A stretch of DNA of 64,000 nucleotides, from NCBI GenBank assembly GCA_016218975.1, contig JACRCO010000071.1, positions 7,723 through 71,722 on the forward strand. The letters run 5' to 3'. Made by a program: the position numbers and the translations under genes. Source of the stretch: Deltaproteobacteria bacterium (GTDB taxonomy: Bacteria > Desulfobacterota > Deferrimicrobia > Deferrimicrobiales > Deferrimicrobiaceae). The notes beneath the pieces are model-generated. The model did no database searches. It saw nothing but the letters and a program-made list of their open reading frames with translations, and was not told the origin of the DNA. This document shows, in pieces, positions 19,081 through 29,488 of the stretch (position 1 is its first letter; each line of letters opens with the position of its first letter).

Positions 19081-21519
19081 ATGGACAAGTACGTATGCAT
19101 ACACGGCCACTTCTACCAACCGCCAAGGGAGAATCCCTGGCTGGAGGCGATCGAACGGCAGGACTCGGCCTACCCGCACCACGACTGGAACGAGCGGATC
19201 TCCTCCGAGTGCTACGCGCCTAATTCAGCCTCGCGCATCCTGAACGGCGAAGGCATGATAGATAAAATAGTCAACAATTACGGCAAGATCAGCTTCGATT
19301 TCGGCCCCACCCTGCTGTCCTGGCTCGAGGAGAAAGACCCGGAAATATACCAGGCGATCCTGGCGGGGGACCGGGAAAGCAGGAAGACCTTTTCCGGCCA
19401 CGGCTCCGCGATGGCACAGGCATACAACCACGTGATACTCCCGCTTTCGAACACGCGCGACAAGCACACCCAGATCCTCTGGGGGATACGGGACTTCGAG
19501 CGGCGCTTCGGCCGCAAACCGGAAGGGATGTGGCTTCCCGAAACCGCAGTCGACATCGAAAGCCTGGAGATCATGAGGAAAATGGGGATCCGTTTCACGA
19601 TCCTGGCTCCCCACCAGGCAAGCCGCGTGCGAAAAAAGGGCAGCCGCGAGTGGCAGGACGCAAGCGGCGGGCGGATCGACCCGACGCTCCCTTACGATCT
19701 TCGGCTGCCATCCGGACGGAAGATCGCGCTGTTTTTCTACGACGGACCGATTTCCAGGGCCGTCGCCTTCGAGAGATTGCTCACCCGGGGAGAGACCTTC
19801 GCCGAACGGATCATGGGAGGATTTCCCGGGAACCCTTCCACGGATGACAGGCTTGTGCATATCGCGACGGACGGCGAGACCTTCGGCCATCATCACCGAT
19901 GGGGAGATATGGCCCTGTCGTATGCGCTTCAACACCTGGGTTCGAACGGCGATGCGCACATCACGAACTATGGGGAATACCTCGAGCTGCATCCCCCTTC
20001 GCATGAAGCGGAGATCGTCGAAAACACCTCGTGGAGCTGCATGCACGGGATAGAGCGCTGGCGCGCCGATTGCGGATGCAGCTCGGGCGCCCACCCCGGC
20101 TGGACCCAGCAGTGGCGGGCGCCGCTTCGCGAGGCGCTCGATTCCCTTCGGGACGAGCTATCCTCACGCTTCGAGGACGCCGGAAAGAAGCTGCTGAAAA
20201 ATCCCTGGGTGGCCCGGGACGGCTACATAGAGGTCGTCCTCGACCGCTCCCCTGAAAACGTTTCGAAGTTCCTCGCCGGGCATGCAAATCGCAAGCTCAC
20301 GCCTGCCCAGTCGGTCACTGCGCTTTCGCTCCTGGAACTCCAGCGGCACGCCCAGCTCATGTATACGAGCTGCGGCTGGTTTTTCGACGAGATTTCCGGC
20401 ATCGAGACGGTTCAGGTTCTGCAATACGCGGGAAGGGCCCTGCAGCTCGCCGAAGGGCTCTTCGGCGGGGGGCTGGAATCCGGGTTCCTGGAGCGGCTCG
20501 AACTGGCGAAGAGCAACGTTCCCGCGCACGGGAACGGAAGGAAAGTCTACGAAAAATTCGTTCGGCCCGCCATGCTCGACCTCCGGAAGGTAGGCGCCCA
20601 TTATGCCGTCAGCACTCTTTTCGAGACCTACGAGGACCGCGCAAGGCTTTATTGCTACGAAGTGGAGCGGGAGGATTTCCGGACCCTTCAATCGGGAGAA
20701 GCGCGGCTTGCGCTCGGAAAGGCGAAGATCGCATCCGCGATCACGCGGGAAGAAGGGAGATTCACGTTCGGCGTACTTCACCTCGGCGACCACAACGTGA
20801 GCGGCGGAATCCGGGAATTCGCCGGGGAGGAGGCCTACCAGGCCGTCCTGCGGGAAATAGGCGATGCTTTCCGAAGCGCCGATCTGCCGGAGACGCTCCG
20901 TGCGGTCGACCGGGCTTTCGGGGGCAGCACCTATTCCCTCAAGCTCCTGTTTCGGGACCATCAGCGGAAGATACTCGAGAAACTTCTGCAAAAATCCCAG
21001 GGCGACGCCCTTGCCGCCTACCGCCGGGTTTATGAACAGAACTCCCAGCTCGTGCGGTTCCTTTCGAAAGTGGGGCATCCCGTTCCGCGCTCTTTCAGCG
21101 CCGCGGCGGAACTTGCCATAGGAACGGACTTGAAGGCGGCCCTGGAAGCAGAAGAACCGGATGCGGAAAAGATCCGCGCGTTGCTCGACGAATCGGCGGA
21201 AACCGGCATACCCCTCTCGGACGAAACGGGCCTGGCGTACGACTTCGAGAAGGCCGCGGAACGTATTGCCGCGCGATTACGGGCTTCACCCGCCGAACTT
21301 TTCCTCCTGCTCTCCCTCGATGCCGTTGTCGGAATGGGCATGGCCCTGCCCACCCCCGCGAACTTCTGGAAAGCCCAGAACATCTTCTACGAGATGCTGC
21401 AAACCGTTTACCCCGAATACCTCGCTTTGGCCGGCAGGGGGGACGGGAACGCGGGGGAGTGGGTGCGGGCATTCTGCGAACTGGGGGATAAATTGCACAT
21501 CAGGGTCCGGGGGGAGTGA
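19081..21519 (+). CDS. GH57 glycoside hydrolase with DUF3536
   Basis: HGHFYQPPRENPW, GMWLPETAVD, ATDGETFGHH, SWSCMHGIERW and MYTSCGWFFDE motifs. Confidence 0.9.
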   Translation: MDKYVCIHGHFYQPPRENPWLEAIERQDSAYPHHDWNERISSECYAPNSASRILNGEGMIDKIVNNYGKISFDFGPTLLSWLEEKDPEIYQAILAGDRESRKTFSGHGSAMAQAYNHVILPLSNTRDKHTQILWGIRDFERRFGRKPEGMWLPETAVDIESLEIMRKMGIRFTILAPHQASRVRKKGSREWQDASGGRIDPTLPYDLRLPSGRKIALFFYDGPISRAVAFERLLTRGETFAERIMGGFPGNPSTDDRLVHIATDGETFGHHHRWGDMALSYALQHLGSNGDAHITNYGEYLELHPPSHEAEIVENTSWSCMHGIERWRADCGCSSGAHPGWTQQWRAPLREALDSLRDELSSRFEDAGKKLLKNPWVARDGYIEVVLDRSPENVSKFLAGHANRKLTPAQSVTALSLLELQRHAQLMYTSCGWFFDEISGIETVQVLQYAGRALQLAEGLFGGGLESGFLERLELAKSNVPAHGNGRKVYEKFVRPAMLDLRKVGAHYAVSTLFETYEDRARLYCYEVEREDFRTLQSGEARLALGKAKIASAITREEGRFTFGVLHLGDHNVSGGIREFAGEEAYQAVLREIGDAFRSADLPETLRAVDRAFGGSTYSLKLLFRDHQRKILEKLLQKSQGDALAAYRRVYEQNSQLVRFLSKVGHPVPRSFSAAAELAIGTDLKAALEAEEPDAEKIRALLDESAETGIPLSDETGLAYDFEKAAERIAARLRASPAELFLLLSLDAVVGMGMALPTPANFWKAQNIFYEMLQTVYPEYLALAGRGDGNAGEWVRAFCELGDKLHIRVRGE

Positions 21520-21523
21520 CCAC

Positions 21524-24400
21524 GTGGGCATCCTGCGGATCCCCGTCACCACCTATCGTCTCCAATTCAGCCCGCGGTTCCGGTTCAAGGACGCGCAGGA
21601 GATCCTCGCCTACCTGGACGCGCTCGGCATAACGGACGTATATGTGTCTCCCCTATTCATGGCTCGCAAGGGGAGTTCCCACGGCTATGACGTGACGGAT
21701 CCGTCGAGGCTCAATCCCGACCTCGGCTCCGGGGAAGAATTCGACACGCTGGCAGCCACCCTCAACGGCAAGGGGATGGGGCTTCTCCTGGACATCGTCC
21801 CCAACCACATGGCCGCAGGCAGCGAAAACCGCTGGTGGATGGACGTGCTGGAAAGGGGCGTGGGCTCGGCTTACGCCAGGTTCTTCGACATCGACTGGCT
21901 CCCTTCGAAAAAGGCGCTGGAAAGAAAAATCCTTTTGCCCATCCTCGGAGGCCCGTATGGAGACGTCCTCGAAAACCGGGAGTTGACCCTGTCCCTCGAC
22001 AAAAGCGGGTTCATCGTCCGCTATTCCGGGATGAAACTTCCCGTATGCGTAAAATCCTGCAACAGGATCCTGTCGCACAGAATAGAGACAGTGGAGGAAA
22101 CCTACGGGCGGGACTCGCCGTCGTTCCGGGAACTGTGGGAACTCATCGCATCCATCGACCGCCTGCAGGATACGGCGGCGCCGGAACCTGCCTACACGGC
22201 CGCAAGGACTGCGGAAGAGGAATCGATCAAGCGGAAACTCGGGCGCCTCTACAGGAACCGTCCCGAGGTCCGGTCGTTTCTCGAAGAGAACATCCGGATC
22301 TTCAACGGGCGCAAGGGGGAACCTGCGAGTCTCGAACTCCTTGACCGCCTTTTGTCGGAGCAGCATTACTGGCTGTCCTACTGGCGGTTCGGAAACGAGG
22401 AGATCAACTACCGCCGGTTTTTCACCATAAGCGACCTGGTCGGCCTCCGGGTCGAAGAGCTCGAGGTGTTCAACGCCACGCACGATCTGGTACTGCGGCT
22501 TGCCAGGGAAGAAAAAGTCACCGGCCTGAGGGTGGATCACATCGACGGTCTTTCCGATCCGCTCGGTTACCTTACCACCCTTCGGGACCGTATCGCCGGA
22601 TCGGCGGAAGCAGGTGCGGAAACGGCGGGATGCTTCTATACGGTGGTGGAGAAGATCCTGCAGGGAGACGAGGATATCCCGCCGGAGTGGCCCGTTAACG
22701 GCACGACCGGATACGATTTCCTGAACGCGGTGAACGGTGTTTTCATAAGCGCCCGCGGAGTCCGTGAGCTTGACGAAATATATGCGCGCTTCATAGGGAG
22801 GAAAACGAATTTCGGAGACCTGGTTTACAGGTGCAGGAAACTCGTCATGGAGGCGCATTTCGCCGGCGAGATGCATTCGCTGGGGAAATACCTCGGCAGC
22901 ATCGCGGAACAGGACCGCCGCGGGCGGGACCTCCCGAGGAAGGAGCTGCGGCAGGCGATGATCGAGGTTACCGCATGCTTTCCGGTCTACCGTACTTATA
23001 TACGCGGCCCCGATATCTCCGCCAGGGACAGGCTTTACATCGGCAGGGCGATTCGGGAAGCCCGCCGGCGCGGCGCAGGGATAAGCTCGCCGGTATTCGA
23101 TTTCGTGGCCCGGATCCTGTTGCCGGAAGGGCCTTCCTCCTTCTCCGGAGAGCATGGCCAGGACCGCCTCCGTTTCCTGATGCGCTGGCAGCAGTTCACG
23201 GGACCGATAATGGCGAAGGGATTCGAGGACACCGCGCTGTATCTCTACAACCGGCTCGTATCGGCGAACGAAGTGGGCGGGGAGCCGGCCTCCCCCGCCG
23301 TCGCCCCGGCGGAGTTTCACCGTCGGGCAAAAGCCGCGCTTTCCCGTTTTCCACACGGAATGAACGCCACTTCAAGCCACGACACGAAACGAAGCGAGGA
23401 TGTGCGCGCCCGCATCGACGTCCTCTCCGAACTCCCTGCGGAATGGGAGAAGCGGCTTCTTCTGTGGAGCCGCTGGAACTCCGACAGGAAACGGTCCGTC
23501 GGCGGGAGGCACGTCCCCGATCCGAGCGAGGAGACCCTTGTCTACCAGACGCTGCTCGGCGCCTGGCCCTTCGAAGAGGTGGAAATCCCCTCGTTCGCGG
23601 AAAGGGTGAAGGACTACATGGTAAAGGCGGTGAGGGAGGCGAAAGCCCACACCCATTGGGATCGGCCGAACCATCCTCACGAAAACGCCGTGAGGGACTT
23701 CGTGGACGCCATCCTGGAAGGCCGGGGAGAGAGCCGGTTCTTCGAGGACTTTCTCTCCTTCCGGAAAAAGATCGCCTGGTACGGTGCGCTCAACAGTCTC
23801 TCGCAGGTCGTTCTGAAAATCGCTTCTCCTGGTGTGCCCGATTTCTACCAGGGGACGGAATTGTGGGACTTCTCTCTCGTCGATCCGGACAACCGGCGGC
23901 CGGTCGATTTTTCCCGGCGCTCAATTCTTCTGGGCGAATCGATCGACAGGAAAAACCGCGATCCGTTGTCTTTCATACTGGAGATCCTCGCGGGCTGGGA
24001 GGACGGACGGATCAAGCTGTTCCTTACGCACTCGGCCCTGAATTTCCGGAGACTGCACCGGGAGCTGTTTCAGGCCGGTTCCTACATTCCGCTCGGGGCT
24101 TCGGCGGGGAAAAAGGAGCATGTCCTCTCCTTCGCCCGGGAGCGAAACGGATTCTGGGTAATCGCCGCCGTACCGAGGCTGATGACGCGCCTCGCGCCGC
24201 CTGGCGAATTTCCCCTGGGCAGGAAAACCTGGGGGGCGCAAGGCGGTCTTCTCCTCCCGGTGGAATCCCCGGTCCGGTGGACCGACGTATTCACGGGCGA
24301 AACGATGGATGCAACGCAAGAGGCAGGGAAGAAGTTGCTTGCGCTGGACCGCGTATTCGAATCCTTCCCGGTGGCGATCCTTTCGGGGAGCGGCCGATGA
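21524..24400 (+). CDS. treY: Malto-oligosyltrehalose synthase
   Basis: TYRLQF, GSSHGYDV, DIVPNHM, INYRRFF, RVDHIDGL, VVEKIL, HDTKRSEDVRAR and LVDPDNRRPVDF motifs. GTG start just after the GH57 stop. Confidence 0.95.
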   Translation: MGILRIPVTTYRLQFSPRFRFKDAQEILAYLDALGITDVYVSPLFMARKGSSHGYDVTDPSRLNPDLGSGEEFDTLAATLNGKGMGLLLDIVPNHMAAGSENRWWMDVLERGVGSAYARFFDIDWLPSKKALERKILLPILGGPYGDVLENRELTLSLDKSGFIVRYSGMKLPVCVKSCNRILSHRIETVEETYGRDSPSFRELWELIASIDRLQDTAAPEPAYTAARTAEEESIKRKLGRLYRNRPEVRSFLEENIRIFNGRKGEPASLELLDRLLSEQHYWLSYWRFGNEEINYRRFFTISDLVGLRVEELEVFNATHDLVLRLAREEKVTGLRVDHIDGLSDPLGYLTTLRDRIAGSAEAGAETAGCFYTVVEKILQGDEDIPPEWPVNGTTGYDFLNAVNGVFISARGVRELDEIYARFIGRKTNFGDLVYRCRKLVMEAHFAGEMHSLGKYLGSIAEQDRRGRDLPRKELRQAMIEVTACFPVYRTYIRGPDISARDRLYIGRAIREARRRGAGISSPVFDFVARILLPEGPSSFSGEHGQDRLRFLMRWQQFTGPIMAKGFEDTALYLYNRLVSANEVGGEPASPAVAPAEFHRRAKAALSRFPHGMNATSSHDTKRSEDVRARIDVLSELPAEWEKRLLLWSRWNSDRKRSVGGRHVPDPSEETLVYQTLLGAWPFEEVEIPSFAERVKDYMVKAVREAKAHTHWDRPNHPHENAVRDFVDAILEGRGESRFFEDFLSFRKKIAWYGALNSLSQVVLKIASPGVPDFYQGTELWDFSLVDPDNRRPVDFSRRSILLGESIDRKNRDPLSFILEILAGWEDGRIKLFLTHSALNFRRLHRELFQAGSYIPLGASAGKKEHVLSFARERNGFWVIAAVPRLMTRLAPPGEFPLGRKTWGAQGGLLLPVESPVRWTDVFTGETMDATQEAGKKLLALDRVFESFPVAILSGSGR

Positions 24401-24534
24401 AACACCGGGAATACGAAACGGAACGGAAGGACCCGGCGTCGAAATCCGGTAAGGGAAATTGGATCGGGAATGAGTGCCCCGGAAAGAAACAGTTAATGAA
24501 ACGAGAGGCTCGGAATGAAAGGAGCGGAAAGAAA

Positions 24535-25236
24535 ATGAAAACACGCTTTTCGATTCTGTTACCGGTCATTGTCCTGTCGTTGGTCGCCGCGGCTTCGCAG
24601 TCGTTCGCGGCGGCGAAGGAAGCCGCCCGGGTTGAAACGGCAACCGACGTAATGGAAAAGATCATGGGGATCCCCGAAAAAGCGATCCCTCCCGCACTTC
24701 TTTCCAATGCTCACGGCATCGCCATCGTACCCGGCGTGATCAAGGTGGGTTTCATCCTCGGGGGGCAGTACGGGACCGGCGTCCTTGTCGTTCGGGACAA
24801 GAACGGCGGATGGAGCAACCCCGTGTTCGTCAAACTGATGAGCGGCAGCGTCGGGTGGCAGATCGGCGCGGAATCGACGGACTTCGTGCTCGTCTTCAAG
24901 ACGCCGAAAAGCGTGGAAGGAATAATGAAGGGCAAGTTCACCTTCGGAGCGGACGCGTCGATAGCGGCGGGACCGGTGGGACGGCGCGGGAAGGCGGAAA
25001 CGGACGTGGAGCTTAAAGCCGAGATCTACTCATATTCCCGCAGCCGGGGGCTGTTCGCGGGGATTTCCCTTGAAGGATCCTCCATGCAGATCGACCACGA
25101 TGCGGACGCCGCGTTCTACGGCAAGAAGGATGTCCTGCCGCGCGAGATCGTCGAAGGCGCCGGTATCGAAACGCCTCCGGCCGCCGCACGCCTCAAGAAC
25201 GCGCTCGGGAAACATGCTCCGGCGGGAGGAAAATAA
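24535..25236 (+). CDS. Ysc84/SYLF lipid-binding domain exported protein
   Basis: Signal peptide, then IPPALL...GGQYGTGV...GWQIGAESTDFV...AAGPVGR...YSRSRGLFAGISLEG. Only the 3' part of the 801-aa ORF appears real. Confidence 0.88.
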   Translation: MKTRFSILLPVIVLSLVAAASQSFAAAKEAARVETATDVMEKIMGIPEKAIPPALLSNAHGIAIVPGVIKVGFILGGQYGTGVLVVRDKNGGWSNPVFVKLMSGSVGWQIGAESTDFVLVFKTPKSVEGIMKGKFTFGADASIAAGPVGRRGKAETDVELKAEIYSYSRSRGLFAGISLEGSSMQIDHDADAAFYGKKDVLPREIVEGAGIETPPAAARLKNALGKHAPAGGK

Positions 25237-25406
25237 AACTGCGGCTGACGGATATTCAGATCACTCGAGGAGAAGGGATTTGCCCGCCGACCCGCATTTC
25301 TCACCATGGTTCGTCGCGAGGCGGTGGAGACGGGTATGGGCCGCTCCCGCCATTCATGGCTAAGGCGGACACCATTTTTCGCGGAAGGATACCCTTTAGC
25401 GAAAAA

Positions 25407-25482
25407 TGGTGGAGGAGAAGGGATTTGAACCCTCGACCCCCACGTTGCGAACGTGGTGCTCTCCCAACTGAGCTACTCCCCC
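25407..25482 (-). tRNA. tRNA-Ala (anticodon CGC)
   Basis: The reverse complement is GGGGGAGTAGCTCAGTTGGGAGAGCACCACGTTCGCAACGTGGGGGTCGAGGGTTCAAATCCCTTCTCCTCCACCA: 76 nt, cloverleaf, G3:U70, encoded CCA. Confidence 0.97.
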
Positions 25483-25687
25483 ACCTGAAGTGAGATATTT
25501 TCCACGATTCGACGCCCGGTGTCAAAGGAAGATGCTTCAACATCCGATTGGAGACACCTTTGTATCGATCGCCCGGCAAAGAATACGTCGGCAGGTGAAC
25601 CGCATCAAAAAATTTAGGGCCACCTCAGGGAGGGGCGGGATCTTTTTACCGCGCCCCGACGATATCATGTGGGAGAAGTTGCAAGCC

Positions 25688-27883
25688 ATGGACAAGACGG
25701 CGGTCGATGAACGTTTCTCGGCAAGCGGGGCTTTCGAGGGAAATCCTTCGGAGGAACGGCACCGGGGAGGTCGCGCCGAACGCGAGAATATACTGGCCGA
25801 AGAGCGGAACTGCTGGCGGATCGCGCAGGCGAACCGCGTCGCGTTTCTCGTCGACGCCGCCGCGTACTTCGAGGCCTTCGCTTCCGCCGCGGAAGCGGCG
25901 CGGGAATCGATACTGATCCTGGCATGGGACATCGACAGCCGGGTCCGCCTGATGCGTAAAGACCATGACAGCGGTCTGCCGCCGGAACTCGGAAATTTCC
26001 TCGATGCGATCGTCTCACGCCGAAAAGGGTTGCACGCGCACATCCTCGCCTGGGATTTCAATCCCATCTACACCTTCGAGCGGGAAGCGCTGCCCGCCGT
26101 CAAACTGGAAAGACGGACCCATCCCCGGGTTCATTTCCAGATGGATGGAAACCATCCGGTCTGGGCGTCGCTGCACCAGAAAGTGGTGGTCGTGGACGAC
26201 TCCATCGCGTTCGCCGGGGGGCTCGACCTGACCCGCAGCAGGTGGGACACGCCCGAGCATCTGCCGAAAGACACGCGGCGCGTCGATCCGTCGGGTGCGG
26301 CCTACGGTCCGTTTCATGACGTTCAGATTGCCGTCGACGGGGAGGCGGCGGCTGCGCTCGGAGACCTCGTGCGCGAGCGATGGTTTCGTGCGACGGGCCG
26401 CTTGCTGCGTCCGCCGAGGAGATGGCGGCGCGATCCGTGGCCGGACAGGCTTGCGCCTGATATCGAAGACGTGCGGGTCGGAATCGCGCGTACAGAGCCC
26501 GCCTACAAGGGCTCCCAAGGGGTCCGTGAAGTGGAATCGCTTCACCTTGATGTCATAGCCGCGGCGCGGAGATCGATTTACATCGAAAGCCCTTACCTGA
26601 GTTCCGACTCCGTAGGGAGGGCGCTTATCGCGCGCCTCGGGGAGGAAAACGGCCCCGAGATCATGATCGTCCTCCCGAAGAACTCCCCGGGCAAGTTCGA
26701 GGAAAGCACGATGGACACCGCCCGTTCGAGGCTCATCCGGCGCCTGCGGGAAGCCGACACATCCGGGCGGCTGCGCATCTATTATCCCGTCACCGGGAAC
26801 CGGGAGGAGGAATGGATAAACGTCCACTCCAAGGTCACCATCGCGGACGACGATATAGTGCGGGTGGGTTCGTCGAACCTCACCAACCGGTCGATGGGAC
26901 TCGACACGGAGTGCGACCTCGCGATCGAAGCCGAAGGAAATCCGCGCCTCCGGTCAGGGATAGTGGAATTCCGGAGCCGCCTCCTCGGCGAACATCTCGG
27001 AATCGAGCCGATGAAAGTGGCCGGGGCCGTCGTGGCAAAAGGTTCGCTGATCGAGGCGGTCGAGTCGCTCCGCGGCGGTAAAAGGACTCTCGATGTGCTC
27101 GCCGGGGAGGTGCCGGAGTGGCGGGACAAACTCATCCCGGACACGTCGATCGTCGATCCCGAGCGTCCGCTCGAACCGGAAACGGTCATCCGGGATTTCG
27201 TTTCGGACGATATCCGGGGGCCCGTACGGAGCAGGCTGCTGGGATGGGCGGTCATTTTTGCGGCGGTCCTTGCGCTGGGCGGACTCTGGAAATTCACTCC
27301 GCTCGGAAGCGCTGCAACTCCCGAGACGGTCGCGGGATGGGTGGATCGGATAAACGGGCACCCTGCGGCGCCGTTCCTTGTGATCGGGGCGTTCGTCGCG
27401 GGCGGGCTGGTCGCCTTCCCCGTCACGATTCTCATCGCGGCGACGGCATTCACGTTCGGGCCGGGGGCGGGTTTCGCCTATTCCCTGGCCGGCTCTTTCC
27501 TGAGCGCGATGGCCACGTACGGAATCGGACGAATGTTTGGCGGGATCCCGTTCCGCCTCGTCGCGGGACGGCGGCTGGACAATCTGAGCCGGATGCTGCG
27601 GCGCAGGGGACTCGTGGCTGTAGCCACAGTGAGGGTCGTGCCGGTCGCTCCCTTCACGTTCATCAATCTGACGGCGGGGGCGTTGCGGATCAGGCCTCTC
27701 GATTTCGCACTGGGGACGTTGATCGGCATGGCCCCCGGGTTGTTCGCGATCACCTTTTTCGGTGAGCGGTTGTCGTACGCGGTCCGCCATCCCGGAATCG
27801 AAAGTTTCCTGGGCCTTGCTGCGCTGGTGGCGGCGCTCGTCGCCGCGGCCGAGTGGCTCCGGCGGCGTTTGCAGGACAGGTAG
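25688..27883 (+). CDS. Phospholipase D (two HKD motifs) fused to VTT/DedA membrane domain
   Basis: HQKVVVVD and HSKVTIAD...GSSN motifs; C-terminal VTT with RVVPVAPFTFIN. The start could be 25667. Confidence 0.88.
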   Translation: MDKTAVDERFSASGAFEGNPSEERHRGGRAERENILAEERNCWRIAQANRVAFLVDAAAYFEAFASAAEAARESILILAWDIDSRVRLMRKDHDSGLPPELGNFLDAIVSRRKGLHAHILAWDFNPIYTFEREALPAVKLERRTHPRVHFQMDGNHPVWASLHQKVVVVDDSIAFAGGLDLTRSRWDTPEHLPKDTRRVDPSGAAYGPFHDVQIAVDGEAAAALGDLVRERWFRATGRLLRPPRRWRRDPWPDRLAPDIEDVRVGIARTEPAYKGSQGVREVESLHLDVIAAARRSIYIESPYLSSDSVGRALIARLGEENGPEIMIVLPKNSPGKFEESTMDTARSRLIRRLREADTSGRLRIYYPVTGNREEEWINVHSKVTIADDDIVRVGSSNLTNRSMGLDTECDLAIEAEGNPRLRSGIVEFRSRLLGEHLGIEPMKVAGAVVAKGSLIEAVESLRGGKRTLDVLAGEVPEWRDKLIPDTSIVDPERPLEPETVIRDFVSDDIRGPVRSRLLGWAVIFAAVLALGGLWKFTPLGSAATPETVAGWVDRINGHPAAPFLVIGAFVAGGLVAFPVTILIAATAFTFGPGAGFAYSLAGSFLSAMATYGIGRMFGGIPFRLVAGRRLDNLSRMLRRRGLVAVATVRVVPVAPFTFINLTAGALRIRPLDFALGTLIGMAPGLFAITFFGERLSYAVRHPGIESFLGLAALVAALVAAAEWLRRRLQDR

Positions 27884-27920
27884 CGGATCCGGGCATCTGA
27901 AAAACCGGAGTGCCGGACTA

Positions 27921-28736
27921 ATGGATGAACACGGAGAAACAGGAATACGGGAACCCGAAGGACTGCTCCTGGCGGCTTCCTATAACGTCCACAGGTGCGT
28001 GGGCATGGACGGCCGGCAGGACCCCGTCCGTGTCGCCGGGGTCCTGAGGGAACTCGGGGCGGACATCGTGGGGCTGCAGGAAGTGGATCCGCGGCCGAAT
28101 CCCTCGGGGAAGCCGAGGCAGCTGGAACGGATCGCCGCGGCCGCGGGTTTCCACTACATCGCGGAAACGGCGCCCCTCCGCCATGACGGGCGCCTCGCCA
28201 ATGCGCTTCTCACCGGCCGAAGGGCGAGGGAAATACGGCGCATCGACCTGAGCCATCCCGGAAGGGAGCCGCGTGGAGCGATCGACGTTGACATCGAAAT
28301 CGACGGCGCGATCGTTCGTGTGATCGTCACCCACCTCGGCCTTCGTCCCGTGGAACGCCGGTTCCAGGTAAAACGCCTGCTGGACGTCCTTTCCCTGGAA
28401 GGAACCCACCTGACGGTCGTCATGGGAGACATCAACGAATGGCTGCCCGGCAGCCGTCCCCTGCGATGGCTTCACGGCCGCCTCGGACGGGCGCCCGCGC
28501 AGCGGACCTTTCCCTCCTTCCTGCCGCTGTTCGCGCTCGACAGGATCTGGGTATGGCCGAGGAAGGCGCTTCAGGCGGTCGAAGCCCATGCGACATCGGC
28601 CGCCCGGATCGCCTCCGATCATCTTCCTATCAAGGCGACGATCGACGTGACGACTCCCCTCACCGTGGAAAGAAGGCGGATCGCTCCGCCGCCGGAGCTG
28701 CTCGAAGAGCCGGAAACGACAAAAATCGGGGTATAG
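27921..28736 (+). CDS. Endonuclease/exonuclease/phosphatase family protein (YbhP-like)
   Basis: SYNVH, LQEV, THLGL, GDINEW, LDRIW and SDHLP motifs. Confidence 0.9.
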   Translation: MDEHGETGIREPEGLLLAASYNVHRCVGMDGRQDPVRVAGVLRELGADIVGLQEVDPRPNPSGKPRQLERIAAAAGFHYIAETAPLRHDGRLANALLTGRRAREIRRIDLSHPGREPRGAIDVDIEIDGAIVRVIVTHLGLRPVERRFQVKRLLDVLSLEGTHLTVVMGDINEWLPGSRPLRWLHGRLGRAPAQRTFPSFLPLFALDRIWVWPRKALQAVEAHATSAARIASDHLPIKATIDVTTPLTVERRRIAPPPELLEEPETTKIGV

Positions 28737-28808
28737 AAAACCGGGCCACCGCGGATAGCGGAAAGGGGCTCGAAACTTAATTTCTTTTGCGTATCCGCTA
28801 TTTTTCTG

Positions 28809-28837
28809 TTGACACCATTTTTCGCAAACCGTAAAAT
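28809..28837 (+). promoter_or_regulatory. sigma70-type promoter of the XRE-kamA operon
   Basis: TTGACA (28809-28814), 17-bp spacer, TAAAAT (28832-28837), about 40 bp upstream of the CDS. Confidence 0.75.
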
Positions 28838-28876
28838 TCGGATAGATTACTAAACGGGGGGTTTAAAAAAACCGTA

Positions 28877-29413
28877 TTGATAGACATCGGGGCAAGGATC
28901 AAGCACCTGCGGCAGATCAACGGACTTGCCCAGGCCGATCTCGCGGAGCGGGCCGGCCTCACCAAGGGTGCCATCTCCCAGATCGAGCGCAACCACACGT
29001 CCCCCTCCGTCGCCAACCTCCTCGAAATCCTCTCCGCCCTCAACGAAACGCCCTCCTCGTTCTTCGCCGACGACGACGAAGAGAAGGTGATCTTCCGGAA
29101 GACGGAAGCCCTTCCATCCGATGTGACGGGATACGTGTCCTTCGAGACGCTGATCCCCAAGAGCCGCTATCGTTCCATGGTCGCCTACCGGGCGGAGATC
29201 AAGCCCGGCAAGGAGACGCCGCTCGAACCCGCGCAGGAAGGGGAGAACTACGTGTTCGTCCTTTCCGGCCGGCTCGGGTTGCGGCTGGGGAGCGCCGCGT
29301 ACGCGGCGCGCAAAGGCGAAAGCCTCTACTTCTACGCCGAGAAGGAGTTCGCCTTCAGCAACAAGGGAAAGGCTCCCGTCGATTTCCTCTGGGTGAAAAC
29401 CAGTGGGCGATAA
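28877..29413 (+). CDS. XRE-family HTH plus cupin transcriptional regulator (PuuR-like)
   Basis: IGARIKHLR...LAERAGLTKGAISQIERN HTH and a C-terminal cupin (EGENYVFVLSG); TTG start. Confidence 0.9.
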   Translation: MIDIGARIKHLRQINGLAQADLAERAGLTKGAISQIERNHTSPSVANLLEILSALNETPSSFFADDDEEKVIFRKTEALPSDVTGYVSFETLIPKSRYRSMVAYRAEIKPGKETPLEPAQEGENYVFVLSGRLGLRLGSAAYAARKGESLYFYAEKEFAFSNKGKAPVDFLWVKTSGR

Positions 29414-29488
29414 TTCGGCCCGTGACGAATGCGGGCCCGGGCGGAACCCGGCAACCCAACATGCCGACGAAGAGACGACGAGGAGGAC

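Noticed and set aside
22831-24534. N-terminal 568 aa of the 801-aa ORF
   Set aside because: It overlaps treY in another frame and is Arg/Gly/Pro-rich. Only the SYLF part with its signal peptide is credible.
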